64,000 nucleotides of DNA from Planctomycetota bacterium (GTDB lineage: Bacteria; Planctomycetota; UBA11346). The notes beneath the pieces were generated by a model, which was not told the DNA's origin, did not search any database, and saw only the letters and a program-made list of their open reading frames with translations. The position numbers and the translations under genes were made by a program. Positions 40,342-49,886 of the stretch are shown here, in pieces (position 1 is the stretch's first letter; each line of letters begins with the position of its first letter). The stretch spans positions 32,001 to 96,000 of the forward strand of contig JBBRLJ010000015.1 in assembly GCA_038231435.1 (NCBI GenBank), written 5' to 3'.

Positions 40342-41660
40342 GGGGCTTCCGCTACGGACTGCGCATGCTGGCGCTGGCCATCCTGATTCCGAGCGCCGCG
40401 GCCGAGACGGTGACGCGCGGGCCCTACTTGCAGATGGGCACCTCGACCGCGATGACCGTGCGCTGGCGCACCGACATGCCGAGCGCCAGCCGGGTCACCT
40501 TCGGCACCGATATCGGCACTCTCGCTGGCAGCTCGGTGGTCGAGGTGCCGACCACCGAGCACGTGGTGCGGATCAGCGGACTGAAGCCTGACTCCCAATA
40601 CTTCTACACCATCGGCAACTCCACGACGGCGCTCGCGGGAGCGGGAGATCCAGGTTACTCGTTCGTGACCGCGCCGCCGGTCGGAACGCCGAGCCGCACG
40701 CGTATCTGGGTGATCGGCGACTTCGGCACCGGCGGCGCCGGACAAGCGGGGGTGCGCAACGCCTATGCCGCGCTGACCGCTACCGCCTACACCGACGCGA
40801 TCCTGATGCTCGGCGACAACGCTTACGACTCCGGACAGGACCAGGAATACCAGGACCACGTGTTCGCCATGTATCCGGCGCTGCTGCGCCGCAGCGTGGC
40901 GTGGCCTACGATCGGCAACCACGACACCGGCCAGGCCGTCGATCCGCCGCCGACGATCCCATACTTCCGCCAGTTCACCCTGCCTGCGCGCGGCGAGTCG
41001 GGCGGCATGGCCTCGGGTACGCCGAAGTACTACGCCTTCGACCGCGCCAACATCCACGTCGTCTGCCTCGACTCGATGACCAGCGATCGCAGCGCGAAGG
41101 GCGCGATGGGGACGTGGCTGGCGGCAGACTTGGCCTCGACCACCCAGACCTGGATCATCGCCTTCTGGCACCATCCGGCCTACAGCAAGGGCACCCACGA
41201 TTCGGACACCGAGATGCCGCTGAAGGAGATGCGCGAGAACATGCTGCCCATCCTCGAGGCCGCGGGCGTCGATCTGGTGCTCTCGGGGCACAGCCACGAC
41301 TACGAACGTTCGTACCTGCTCGACGGCCATTACGGTCTTTCGAGAACCCTGGTCGAGGCGATGAAGGTGGGACCCGGCGACGGGCGGCCGCAGGGCACGG
41401 GCGCGTACATCAAGACCCCGGGGGCGCATCATGGCGCCGTCTACAGCACCGTCGGCTGCTCGGGCGCGATCGGCGGCGGCAGGCTCGACCATCCCGCGAT
41501 GGTGATCTCGCTCGGCCATGTCTATGGATCGATGGTGCTCGAGATCGAGGGCCAGACCCTGGTGGGCACGTTCCTGAACGATCAGGGCGCGATGCCCGAC
41601 ACCTTCTCCATCGTGAAGCAGGCCGCCGTGGCGGCCCCGGGCGCGGGATCGGCACCGTGA
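40338..41660 (+). CDS. Purple acid phosphatase family metallophosphoesterase (FN3-like N-terminal domain)
   Basis: All five metal blocks GDFG, GDNAY, GNHD, FWHHP and GHSH; signal peptide; RGPYLQ. Confidence 0.9.
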   Translation: MRGFRYGLRMLALAILIPSAAAETVTRGPYLQMGTSTAMTVRWRTDMPSASRVTFGTDIGTLAGSSVVEVPTTEHVVRISGLKPDSQYFYTIGNSTTALAGAGDPGYSFVTAPPVGTPSRTRIWVIGDFGTGGAGQAGVRNAYAALTATAYTDAILMLGDNAYDSGQDQEYQDHVFAMYPALLRRSVAWPTIGNHDTGQAVDPPPTIPYFRQFTLPARGESGGMASGTPKYYAFDRANIHVVCLDSMTSDRSAKGAMGTWLAADLASTTQTWIIAFWHHPAYSKGTHDSDTEMPLKEMRENMLPILEAAGVDLVLSGHSHDYERSYLLDGHYGLSRTLVEAMKVGPGDGRPQGTGAYIKTPGAHHGAVYSTVGCSGAIGGGRLDHPAMVISLGHVYGSMVLEIEGQTLVGTFLNDQGAMPDTFSIVKQAAVAAPGAGSAP

Positions 41661-42862
41661 GGGTTGGCACCGTGTGGATGGTGGCGGCGTCGATCGCCGT
41701 GCTCATGGGCATGCCGCTCGCTGCACGCGCCTGCGAGTGGTGCCATGACATGCACGACCGCGCGCCGCTCGCTGGGACCATGCCGGGGCAGGAGCAGGGC
41801 GGTACGTTCCAGGGGCAGCTCCCGGATCCGGCGCTCACTCGGCGCTATTTCGTGGCCGCGGAGCCGGTGGACTGGTCCTACGCGCCGAGCGGGCGCGACG
41901 CGGCTTTCGATGTGCCAGTGCCGGCCGAGCACCGCGGACCCGCGTTCCACAAGTACCGCTACACGCAGTATAGTGACGCCGCGTTCACCACGCCGGTGGC
42001 GCAGCCGGCTTGGCAGGGGTTGTGTGGACCGACGCTGCACGTGGTGGTCGGCGAGTACCTCAGCGTCACTTTCATCAACCGCACCGACCAAGCGCTGTCG
42101 ATGCATCCGCATGGCCTGACCTACGACAAGGACAGCGAAGGCGCGTTCTACTTCCCGGATCCCGGCAAGGGCGCATGGGTCTCTCCTGGCGGCCGCTTCA
42201 CGTACATCTGGCGCGCCGATGCCAGCGCCGGACCCGCTCCGGGCGAACCGAGCTCGAAGGCGTGGCTCTATCACAGCCACGTACGCGCTGACCGCGAGAT
42301 CAACCTCGGCCTGGTCGGCAGCATCGTCGTCACCGATCCGGCTCGCGCGCGTCTGGACGCGACTCCGAGCGACATCGACCGCGAGGTGCCGTTGGTGTTC
42401 CAGGTGTTCGACGAGAATCCCGACCTCGCGCCCGGCGCCGATCTCGACGACGAGCCCGCCGACCTGAAGCAGCGCCGCGAGGCGTTCGATCGGCTGACCG
42501 TGCGCCAGCAGCACGAGGTGCTCGAGGCGGGCACCAAGCACGCGATCAATGGGCGTATCTTCGCGAACCTCGATGGCCTGGTGTTCGCTAGAGGCGCGCG
42601 CGTGCGCTGGTACCTGTCCGCGCTCGGCTCCGAGAACGGCATGCACACGGCGCACTGGCACGGTCACACGGTGACGGTGGAGGGCAGGCGCGCCGATGTG
42701 GTCGAGCTGCTGCCGGCGAGCATGCGGCTGGCCGACATGGAGGCGACCAATCCGGGAACCTGGCTGCTGCAATGCCACGTCGCCGACCACATGATGGCTG
42801 GGATGTATTGCCTCTACCGGGTCGAGGGCTTGGCGGCGAGCGGTGTCGTCACGTCGCCCTAG
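41657..42862 (+). CDS. Two-domain multicopper oxidase, ceruloplasmin-domain-like
   Basis: SMHPHG, WLYHSHV, HTAHWHGH and WLLQCHVADHMMAGM; RYFVAAE..WSYAP; GTGA overlap (alternative ATG 41678). Confidence 0.88.
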   Translation: MRVGTVWMVAASIAVLMGMPLAARACEWCHDMHDRAPLAGTMPGQEQGGTFQGQLPDPALTRRYFVAAEPVDWSYAPSGRDAAFDVPVPAEHRGPAFHKYRYTQYSDAAFTTPVAQPAWQGLCGPTLHVVVGEYLSVTFINRTDQALSMHPHGLTYDKDSEGAFYFPDPGKGAWVSPGGRFTYIWRADASAGPAPGEPSSKAWLYHSHVRADREINLGLVGSIVVTDPARARLDATPSDIDREVPLVFQVFDENPDLAPGADLDDEPADLKQRREAFDRLTVRQQHEVLEAGTKHAINGRIFANLDGLVFARGARVRWYLSALGSENGMHTAHWHGHTVTVEGRRADVVELLPASMRLADMEATNPGTWLLQCHVADHMMAGMYCLYRVEGLAASGVVTSP

Positions 42863-42987
42863 CGGCTGTGCAGAATGAAACACGCCCATCGCCCGCGCCA
42901 TCCCGCGAGTCGTATGATGTCTCGGCTGCTCCGCTGAATCGTCATCGCCACTGGCGGGCGCAGCTCGCCAGGTAGGATCACTGATCG

Positions 42988-44295
42988 ATGGTCGACCTGC
43001 TGCCGGCGTTCCAGTCCTACTTCGGTGCCCGTCCTGGCGGCGTGGACCTGCGCTCGTCGCTGGCGCGGCTACCACTCGAGCGGCTCGGCGATTTCGCCGC
43101 AGAGCTGGCGGCGCGGCGTGCCACGCCCGCATCCGGGCGGGTGTTCTTCATGGGCAACGGCGGTTCCTACGACAACGCCCGCCTGATGGCTCAGCTGTGC
43201 CGCGCGCGTGGCATCGACGCCAAGGTCCCCGGCTATGCCGATGATTACCTGGCGGTGGCACAGGCGGAGGGCTACGCGGCGATCTACCGGCGTGGCCTCG
43301 AGCAGGACGGCCTGCGCGCTGGCGACCTGGTGGTGGGCATCTCCGGTTCCGGCAACTCCGAGAACATCCTCGCGGCGCTCGGCCTCGCGCGCGAGCGCGG
43401 CGCTACCGCGTGGTGCATGGGCGGACGCGATGGCGGACGCATGCGCCCGCTGTGTGGCGACGAGCATGCGCTGATCGGCGCCAACGACTGCATGGAGGCG
43501 ATCGAGGACCTGCACATGGCGATGCTGATCATCGCCCTATCCGCCGGGTCGGGTGGCGGCCTCGGCGGTTGCACGGCCGCGCACGCCGACCTCCTTGGCC
43601 GGCTGGATGCGTTCATGGCGCCGGCGAACCTGCGCGCGCTCGCCGAGATCGGCGCGGGCATGCTGGACACCATCCGCAGGCGCGGTCACACCTTCGTGCT
43701 CGGGACCGGCATCGGCGCCAATCACTTCCGCGCCGACATGGGCCGCGGCGCCACCAACACCCTGCCGATCCGCGGGCTGTCCACACCCGAGCTGTTCACC
43801 ATGAACTCGGCACAGGCCACCGCCAACGACGACGGACTCGATTTCGTGCTCGCCGACGGCTTGGTGAAGCTCGATCCGGGGCCCGACGATTTCGCCATCC
43901 TCTGCGACCTGCCTGGGGCGCGGGCCGCGATCGAGCATTGCCGCGACGTGCTGCGCGTCTCGGGTACGCCGCACCGCAGCGTCGGCGCCAGCGGCGTGGT
44001 GCTCGACGCCTTCGGCCCGGCTGGCGCGGACTTCGCGCTGTCGATGCTCGGGCACGCCTGCGGCGAGGTACTGCGCGGCACGCTGGTCGGCGAGTGGAAG
44101 GCGCGTGTGATCGAGCACCTGCCGGAGTTCCCGCGCGGCCAGAAGAAGCTCGGCATCGATGCCACCGATCGCCTCGAGGCCGAGCTGCGCGGCAGCGGGG
44201 TGATCGCGGCGGACGAGCTGCTGACGTTCTGCTACGGCCGGGTGTATGCGGTGAGAACGCCGACGGGGCATGCACAGGCGCGCTGTTACTTTTAG
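42988..44295 (+). CDS. Tandem SIS-domain protein, GmhA/phosphoheptose-isomerase-like
   Basis: GNGGS, GISGSGNSENI, GRDGG and IEDLH in domain 1; ANHFRAD and ATAND in domain 2. Confidence 0.78.
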   Translation: MVDLLPAFQSYFGARPGGVDLRSSLARLPLERLGDFAAELAARRATPASGRVFFMGNGGSYDNARLMAQLCRARGIDAKVPGYADDYLAVAQAEGYAAIYRRGLEQDGLRAGDLVVGISGSGNSENILAALGLARERGATAWCMGGRDGGRMRPLCGDEHALIGANDCMEAIEDLHMAMLIIALSAGSGGGLGGCTAAHADLLGRLDAFMAPANLRALAEIGAGMLDTIRRRGHTFVLGTGIGANHFRADMGRGATNTLPIRGLSTPELFTMNSAQATANDDGLDFVLADGLVKLDPGPDDFAILCDLPGARAAIEHCRDVLRVSGTPHRSVGASGVVLDAFGPAGADFALSMLGHACGEVLRGTLVGEWKARVIEHLPEFPRGQKKLGIDATDRLEAELRGSGVIAADELLTFCYGRVYAVRTPTGHAQARCYF

Positions 44296-44309
44296 TTGGG
44301 GGGCTTTCA

Positions 44310-44333
44310 GTTGGGGGACTACGGCCCCCCAAC
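44310..44333. repeat. G5/C5 hairpin possibly related to the REP-like family
   Basis: GTTGGGGG-actacggc-CCCCCAAC just after the SIS gene stop. Confidence 0.4.
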
Positions 44334-44469
44334 ATCGCGCTCCGCGCTGCCCCCCGGGAGGCGGGGAGCGGGATGGGATGGGAGCGGCGCGGGGCGCTGG
44401 CTCTAGCGGGCATGGAATCGGTCGGGGCTGGACGTCGGTTGGTTCTGATCAGGATTCGACGCTGGTCGG

Positions 44470-45432
44470 ATGGCACCAACAGGGGAGTCTTGCGTGGGCG
44501 ATCTGTATCTCGGCATCGACATCGGGGGGACGAAGTGCGCGGTGTGCTATGGGGACGAGACGGGGAAGGCGATCGACAAAAGATCGTTTCCCACCTTGGA
44601 GCCGAAGGGGCCGGGGCAGGCGGTCGAGAACCTGCTGGGTGCGGCGGATGAGCTGGTGGCGAAGCATGGGCGACCGCGGGCGATCGGGATCTCGTGTGGG
44701 TCGCCGCTCGATCCCGAGCTCGGGCTGATCCAGTCGCCGGCGAATTTGCCATCGTGGCGCGATGTGCCGATCGTGAAGATCTTCGCCGACCGCTTCGGGG
44801 TTCCGGTGTTCCTCGACAACGACGCCAACGCCGGCGCGCTCGCCGAATTCTGGTTCGGCGCCGGGCGGGGCTGCCGCAACATGGTGTTCATGACCTTCGG
44901 TACTGGCCTGGGCGCCGGGCTGATCCTCGACGGACGCATCTATCGCGGCACCAACACCTACGCCGGCGAGCTCGGGCACATGCGCCTGATGCCGTATGGG
45001 CCGGTCGGCTGCCGGAAGCCCGGCAGCTTCGAGGGTTTCTGCTCGGGTGGCGGCATCGCCCAGCTCGCGCGTGCCGAGCGCCAGTGCTGGGATGGGCCGA
45101 CGGTGCTGCCCGAGAGTCCGACCGCGCGCGAGGTGGGCGAGGGCGCGGCGGCCGGCGATGCGCTCAGTCTGCATATCCTCGAGCTGTGCGGGCACTACCT
45201 GGGCCTGGGCCTCGCGTACGTGCTCGACCTGCTGAATCCGCAGCGCATCGTCCTCGGCTCGATCTTCGCGCGCTGCGAACGCTTCCTGCGCCCGGCGATG
45301 GAGAAGTCGCTCAGGGCCGAGGCCTTGGAGCAGACCTACCGCGTGTGCACGGTGGTACCGGCGCAGCTCGGCGAATCGATCGGCGACGTCGCCGCGCTGG
45401 CGATCGCCTTCGATGCGATGCAACACCGCTGA
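44470..45432 (+). CDS. ROK family sugar kinase
   Basis: GIDIGGTK, DNDANAGALAE, TFGTGLGAG and GELGH motifs. Confidence 0.9.
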   Translation: MAPTGESCVGDLYLGIDIGGTKCAVCYGDETGKAIDKRSFPTLEPKGPGQAVENLLGAADELVAKHGRPRAIGISCGSPLDPELGLIQSPANLPSWRDVPIVKIFADRFGVPVFLDNDANAGALAEFWFGAGRGCRNMVFMTFGTGLGAGLILDGRIYRGTNTYAGELGHMRLMPYGPVGCRKPGSFEGFCSGGGIAQLARAERQCWDGPTVLPESPTAREVGEGAAAGDALSLHILELCGHYLGLGLAYVLDLLNPQRIVLGSIFARCERFLRPAMEKSLRAEALEQTYRVCTVVPAQLGESIGDVAALAIAFDAMQHR

Positions 45433-45477
45433 TTCGCGCAACGCTCCTGAAGCGCTGCTGACGGGACCGTCACGGAC

Positions 45478-47202
45478 TCAGATCAGCTCGCGCAATTCTT
45501 CCGCCCGATCGAGGCAACGCTTGCGCAGCAGGAACAGCGCCAGCCCGTAGAAGGCGGTGTTGATGGCCGCGCATGGCGCCCAATTGGGCGCGTTGTTCGG
45601 ATACTCGTTGATCGCGAACATGCTGGCGGGGCTGAGCAACCACAGGTAGTCCATCGCTCCCACGGCGTCGCCATGCGCGTGCCTGTTCAGGTAGCTGACG
45701 ATGATGAGCGGCGCCACCACCCACGCCACCAGCGTGGCCAATGAGGCCACCGCGGCCTGGACCTGCCCCGCGAAGCGCAGGCTCATGGCCAACGACAGCC
45801 ATACCACGATCTCGAGATACAGCCACGCGGTGATGCTGGATGACAGCAGGTAGAAGAGCGACCGCCAGACCCCCATCGGCGCCTCGAGCAGCGCTTCGAG
45901 CGTGCACAGGCCCATGATCGTGATGCTCGCCAGCCAGCACAGCCGGCGCACGCCAGCGAGCTTCTGGCGCAGCAGATCGCGCGGCTCGATCGGCGTGGTC
46001 AGCAGGATTTCAAGGGTGCGCCGCGAGCGCTCGCCGCTGATCAGCGTCGATGCGTGCGAGGCGATGGTCGCCGCGGCGATGAGGTAGCACAGGCCGAGGA
46101 GGATGGTCACGCCCGCCGAATCCTGGACGCTCTTGCTGGTCGCCCAGCCGAGCAGCATGAACAGCAGCACCATCACGCCGAACCACAGCAGGAACACCCA
46201 CAGACCACCGCCGTTGCCCTTGAGCCACCCGGCCATGCGGCTCGCTTCGCGCCAGGCGATGGGACGATCGTCAGGCAGGCCGATGTTCACCGATCCGAAG
46301 CGCAAGCGTTGCTGGAGGATCCGCCACTGGTTGCGTCCGCCCGAAGCCGGATCGCGCAGCGGCCGCATCTGCTGCATCGCATGCGGCGCCAGCCGGCGTT
46401 CATCGTTGCCCATGGCGCGGCAGGCCATGGCGAAGAACACCGCTGCCGAGAGCAGGACGGGCAGGCACGAGATCAATAGCGTCCACATCGGGGAACCCGA
46501 CCACGAGGACTGGAAGTAGATGATGAACGGGTAGGAGAGCGCCATGCTCCAGGCGGTGCCGTGCACCAGCTCCTCGATGATCATCACCGGCAGCATCGTC
46601 ATCGGCAGGGTCAGCATCAGCACGCCCGCGCCCATGATGTACGCGCGCATCGTGCCGGCCATCGAGCTGCGCGCGCGCACGCTGCAGTACAGCGACCATG
46701 CCCCGACCTGGAGGGCTCCCGCGATCAGCGCCACCGCCGCGGCCACCAGCTGCGAGATGCCGATGCCGCCCAGGGCGTAGGCGATGCCGCCCAGGGGCAG
46801 CGCCAGCATCATGAAGCTGCCCATGCCGATGACCCGCGACAGCAGCTTCTGCAGGAGCAGCTCCCACGGCTTCATGCGCGACACCAGCAGCACCGCGAGC
46901 GTGCCGCGCTCGCGCTCGGAGCTGATCACCGGAGCGACCATCGCCGGCAAGAACAGGTACAGGCCGATGAACTGCCAGATCACCAGCGAATCCAGCAGCC
47001 GCTTGCCGCTGCCCAGCACCGACATGTCGCCGACGCTGGCGCCCGAGAACTGCAGCTCGAAGCCCATCGCGAACAGCGTGAACAGCACGCACGCATAGGC
47101 CACGCGCAGCAGGTAGCTGCGGCCCTGCGCCGAGACTTCGATCAGCTCCTTGCCCAGGAGCGGCAGCAGGTTCGCGGGAGTGGAGAAGGACGGGATCTTC
47201 AC
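45478..47202 (-). CDS. ABC-2 type transporter permease (internally duplicated)
   Basis: Multiple TMs; ISSERERGTLAVLL..KL and ISGERSRRTLEILLTTP..QK motifs. Confidence 0.85.
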   Translation of the reverse strand: MKIPSFSTPANLLPLLGKELIEVSAQGRSYLLRVAYACVLFTLFAMGFELQFSGASVGDMSVLGSGKRLLDSLVIWQFIGLYLFLPAMVAPVISSERERGTLAVLLVSRMKPWELLLQKLLSRVIGMGSFMMLALPLGGIAYALGGIGISQLVAAAVALIAGALQVGAWSLYCSVRARSSMAGTMRAYIMGAGVLMLTLPMTMLPVMIIEELVHGTAWSMALSYPFIIYFQSSWSGSPMWTLLISCLPVLLSAAVFFAMACRAMGNDERRLAPHAMQQMRPLRDPASGGRNQWRILQQRLRFGSVNIGLPDDRPIAWREASRMAGWLKGNGGGLWVFLLWFGVMVLLFMLLGWATSKSVQDSAGVTILLGLCYLIAAATIASHASTLISGERSRRTLEILLTTPIEPRDLLRQKLAGVRRLCWLASITIMGLCTLEALLEAPMGVWRSLFYLLSSSITAWLYLEIVVWLSLAMSLRFAGQVQAAVASLATLVAWVVAPLIIVSYLNRHAHGDAVGAMDYLWLLSPASMFAINEYPNNAPNWAPCAAINTAFYGLALFLLRKRCLDRAEELRELI

Positions 47203-48131
47203 GCGGTCTTGCCCTTGGTCAGGGCCATGAACACCGCTTCCATGTCCACGGCCTCGGGCTGGAACATGCGGATGCGCGCGCCTGTGGCGACCACGGCTTC
47301 ATGGAGGTCGTCCATACCCGCCTCACCCTCGACGAACTGCAGGGCCAGGCGGTCGCCCTGGCGTTCGAGCGACTGGACGCCAGGGATGGCGGCGATGGCG
47401 GCCATCACCGCATCGGTCTCCTCCACGATCTGCAGGTGCACGAGCCGCCGCAGGCCCATGTCCTGACACAGCCGATCGAGGGGACCCTCGGCGACCAGCT
47501 TGCCGGCCTCGAGGATGCACACGCGCGTGCACAGCTGCGACAGCTCGTGCAGCAGGTGGCTGGAGATGACCATGGTCTTGCCCATGCGCTGCAGTTCGAG
47601 CAGCAGTTCGCGCATCTCGATGCGCGCGCGCGGGTCGAGACCCTCGGTGGGTTCATCGAGCAGCAGCAGGTCGGGATCATGGAGCAGCGTGCGCGCGATC
47701 GACAGGCGCTGCTTCATGCCGCGCGACAGCCCGTCGACCAGCGAGTCGGCTTTGCCGGTGAGGTCGGTCAGGGCCAAGACGTCGCGCACCAACGAGTCGC
47801 GCTTGCGCGGGTCGAGCTTGTTCACCGCCGCGAAGAAGCGCAGGTAGTCCCTGGCGGTCAGGCCTTCGTACACTCCGAAGTAGTCGGGCACCCAGCCGAT
47901 CCGTCCGCGCACGCGCATCGGCTCGGCAGTGGCGTTGATGCCGTCGATCATCACCCGCCCGCGCGACGGCCTGACCAGGGTCGCCATCGCCTTCATGGTC
48001 GAGGACTTGCCGGCGCCGTTGGGGCCGATGAGCCCGAGCGCTTCGCCCGCCGGCACCACGAAGCTGATGTCGCGCACCGCGATGTGGCCGCCGAAGGCGA
48101 TGACCAGGTTGTGCACCGAGACCATGGTCAT
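47199..48131 (-). CDS. ABC-2 type transporter ATP-binding protein
   Basis: GPNGAGKS, LSRGMKQR, LLLDEPT and ISSH. Confidence 0.92.
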   Translation of the reverse strand: MTMVSVHNLVIAFGGHIAVRDISFVVPAGEALGLIGPNGAGKSSTMKAMATLVRPSRGRVMIDGINATAEPMRVRGRIGWVPDYFGVYEGLTARDYLRFFAAVNKLDPRKRDSLVRDVLALTDLTGKADSLVDGLSRGMKQRLSIARTLLHDPDLLLLDEPTEGLDPRARIEMRELLLELQRMGKTMVISSHLLHELSQLCTRVCILEAGKLVAEGPLDRLCQDMGLRRLVHLQIVEETDAVMAAIAAIPGVQSLERQGDRLALQFVEGEAGMDDLHEAVVATGARIRMFQPEAVDMEAVFMALTKGKTA

Positions 48132-49855
48132 GACGCGCCACCGCTCTTGCGCAGCAACCGCGGAGCCATGCGCAGGCAGCGAAAGCGCAAGCCGAGCCAG
48201 AGGGCGGTGTAGATGCCGATGGCGGCCAGATGGGGAAGGAATGCGCCGATCTTCATGCGCTCCAGGCCGTCGCTCTCGCTGAACGCCAGATACCCACCAG
48301 GGCTGAGGATGAGCAGGGGGTATACCAGTTCGCGATCGGTGGAGTCGTTGAGCAACGAGCGGAAGCCCACCACCAGCACCACCCAGCCGAAGCTCCATGC
48401 CAGGAGCACCGCAAGCGCGGTGGCCACCGCGCGGCCGCGATGGCGGACCCACATGCCGACCAGCACCGACATCCACGTCACGATCGGCGGAACCAGGACG
48501 GCCATCTCGACCTGCGCGCACAATTTGGACGTGAGGTCGGTGTCGAATCTCCGCGGGAGGTACCACGAGGCGTAGTACGCCGCCATGATGGTGTGCTGCA
48601 TGGCGTGGGCGTACCAGCGGTAGCAGACGATGGCGAGCAGCATCACCACCATCACCAGCTGCACCCGGCTCAGTGCGCGTACTTTCTGCCCCAGGATGTC
48701 CGCAGGGGACATCGGCGTGGTCAGCAGCACGTCGAGGGTCTGCTGGGCGCGTTCGGCGGCCATCACGCCGGTACCGAGCGACACCAGCACCAGTGCCGTC
48801 AGCACCAGTCCGGCGGCGGACATCAGCGCGTACATGGCGTCGCCGTCGTCGCGCCCGAAATTCCAGCGCATGAACACGAAGGCGAGCGCGAACAGCGGCA
48901 AGGCGATGCGTGCGAGATAGCGCCAGCTCGCCAGGGCGCGGCGGTTGATCTCGCGCCACGCGACCGGATCGCGCTCGGGCACCTCGCTACGCACCGTCCT
49001 GCCCATGCGTCGTTCCCAGCCGTTGAAGCGCGCGTCGAGGCTGCGGAACCAGGCGAGCATCCACGGACCGCCGGCGGGTTGGGCGCGCCTGATGATCGCC
49101 AGGCGGGCGGCCACCAGCAACAGCACGATCGACACCATGATCGGCCAGTTCCGGGCGGCCAAGGCCATCACTCCGTCGGTCTGGTCCCAGGTCGCGAACT
49201 GGAGCCACGGGGTCACCTGCACCGGGATGGTCCACGTGCCGTGGACCGAGAGGTTCAGGAATTCCATCAGCTCCCTCAGCGGCAGGAGCAGATGGATCAC
49301 CACCAGCCCGATGTACGACGCGAAGAACGCCATGCCCGAACCCCGGCAGTATGCGCTCACCGCCAGGCACAGCGCGCCGGTCTGGGCGCAGGTGAGCGCG
49401 AGCATCAGGATTCCGCCCTCGATGCGCTCGGTGCTCACTCCGCCGAAGGCGTAGGCGAGCGCCATCAATGGCATCGCCAGCATCAACAAGGTGAGCATGC
49501 CCAAGGCGCTGGCGGTGAATTTCTGCAGCACCAGTTCCCATGGCCCCATCGGTGTCAGCATGAGCAGGACCAGCGAGCCCTGCTCCTTCTCCTGGGTGAT
49601 GGCGCTCGAGCACAGCGCCGGCATCAGCACCAGGATGCCGGTGAACAGCGACCACAGTAGCACGTCGAAGAGTTCCCGGCCGCGGCCGATCATGCCTACC
49701 AGCGGGTCGAGTTCCCGGCTCGCGGACATGTACGCGATCCAGAAGCCGAGCAGCAGTAGGATCGCGAACAGGCTGCGGGCGGCGTAGGTGCGGCGACGGG
49801 CCGCCTGCTCGAGCAGCTCCTTGCCGAGCAGCGGGAACGATGGGATCAGCCGCAC
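48128..49855 (-). CDS. ABC-2 type transporter permease (internally duplicated)
   Basis: PLLGKELLE, ITQEKEQGSL..TPM and AAERAQQTLDVLLTTPM; GTG start at 49855 inferred from paralogs. Confidence 0.83.
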   Translation of the reverse strand: MRLIPSFPLLGKELLEQAARRRTYAARSLFAILLLLGFWIAYMSASRELDPLVGMIGRGRELFDVLLWSLFTGILVLMPALCSSAITQEKEQGSLVLLMLTPMGPWELVLQKFTASALGMLTLLMLAMPLMALAYAFGGVSTERIEGGILMLALTCAQTGALCLAVSAYCRGSGMAFFASYIGLVVIHLLLPLRELMEFLNLSVHGTWTIPVQVTPWLQFATWDQTDGVMALAARNWPIMVSIVLLLVAARLAIIRRAQPAGGPWMLAWFRSLDARFNGWERRMGRTVRSEVPERDPVAWREINRRALASWRYLARIALPLFALAFVFMRWNFGRDDGDAMYALMSAAGLVLTALVLVSLGTGVMAAERAQQTLDVLLTTPMSPADILGQKVRALSRVQLVMVVMLLAIVCYRWYAHAMQHTIMAAYYASWYLPRRFDTDLTSKLCAQVEMAVLVPPIVTWMSVLVGMWVRHRGRAVATALAVLLAWSFGWVVLVVGFRSLLNDSTDRELVYPLLILSPGGYLAFSESDGLERMKIGAFLPHLAAIGIYTALWLGLRFRCLRMAPRLLRKSGGAS

Positions 49856-49886
49856 GGTGACCCTGCTACCTGGTCTGTGCTCGGGC

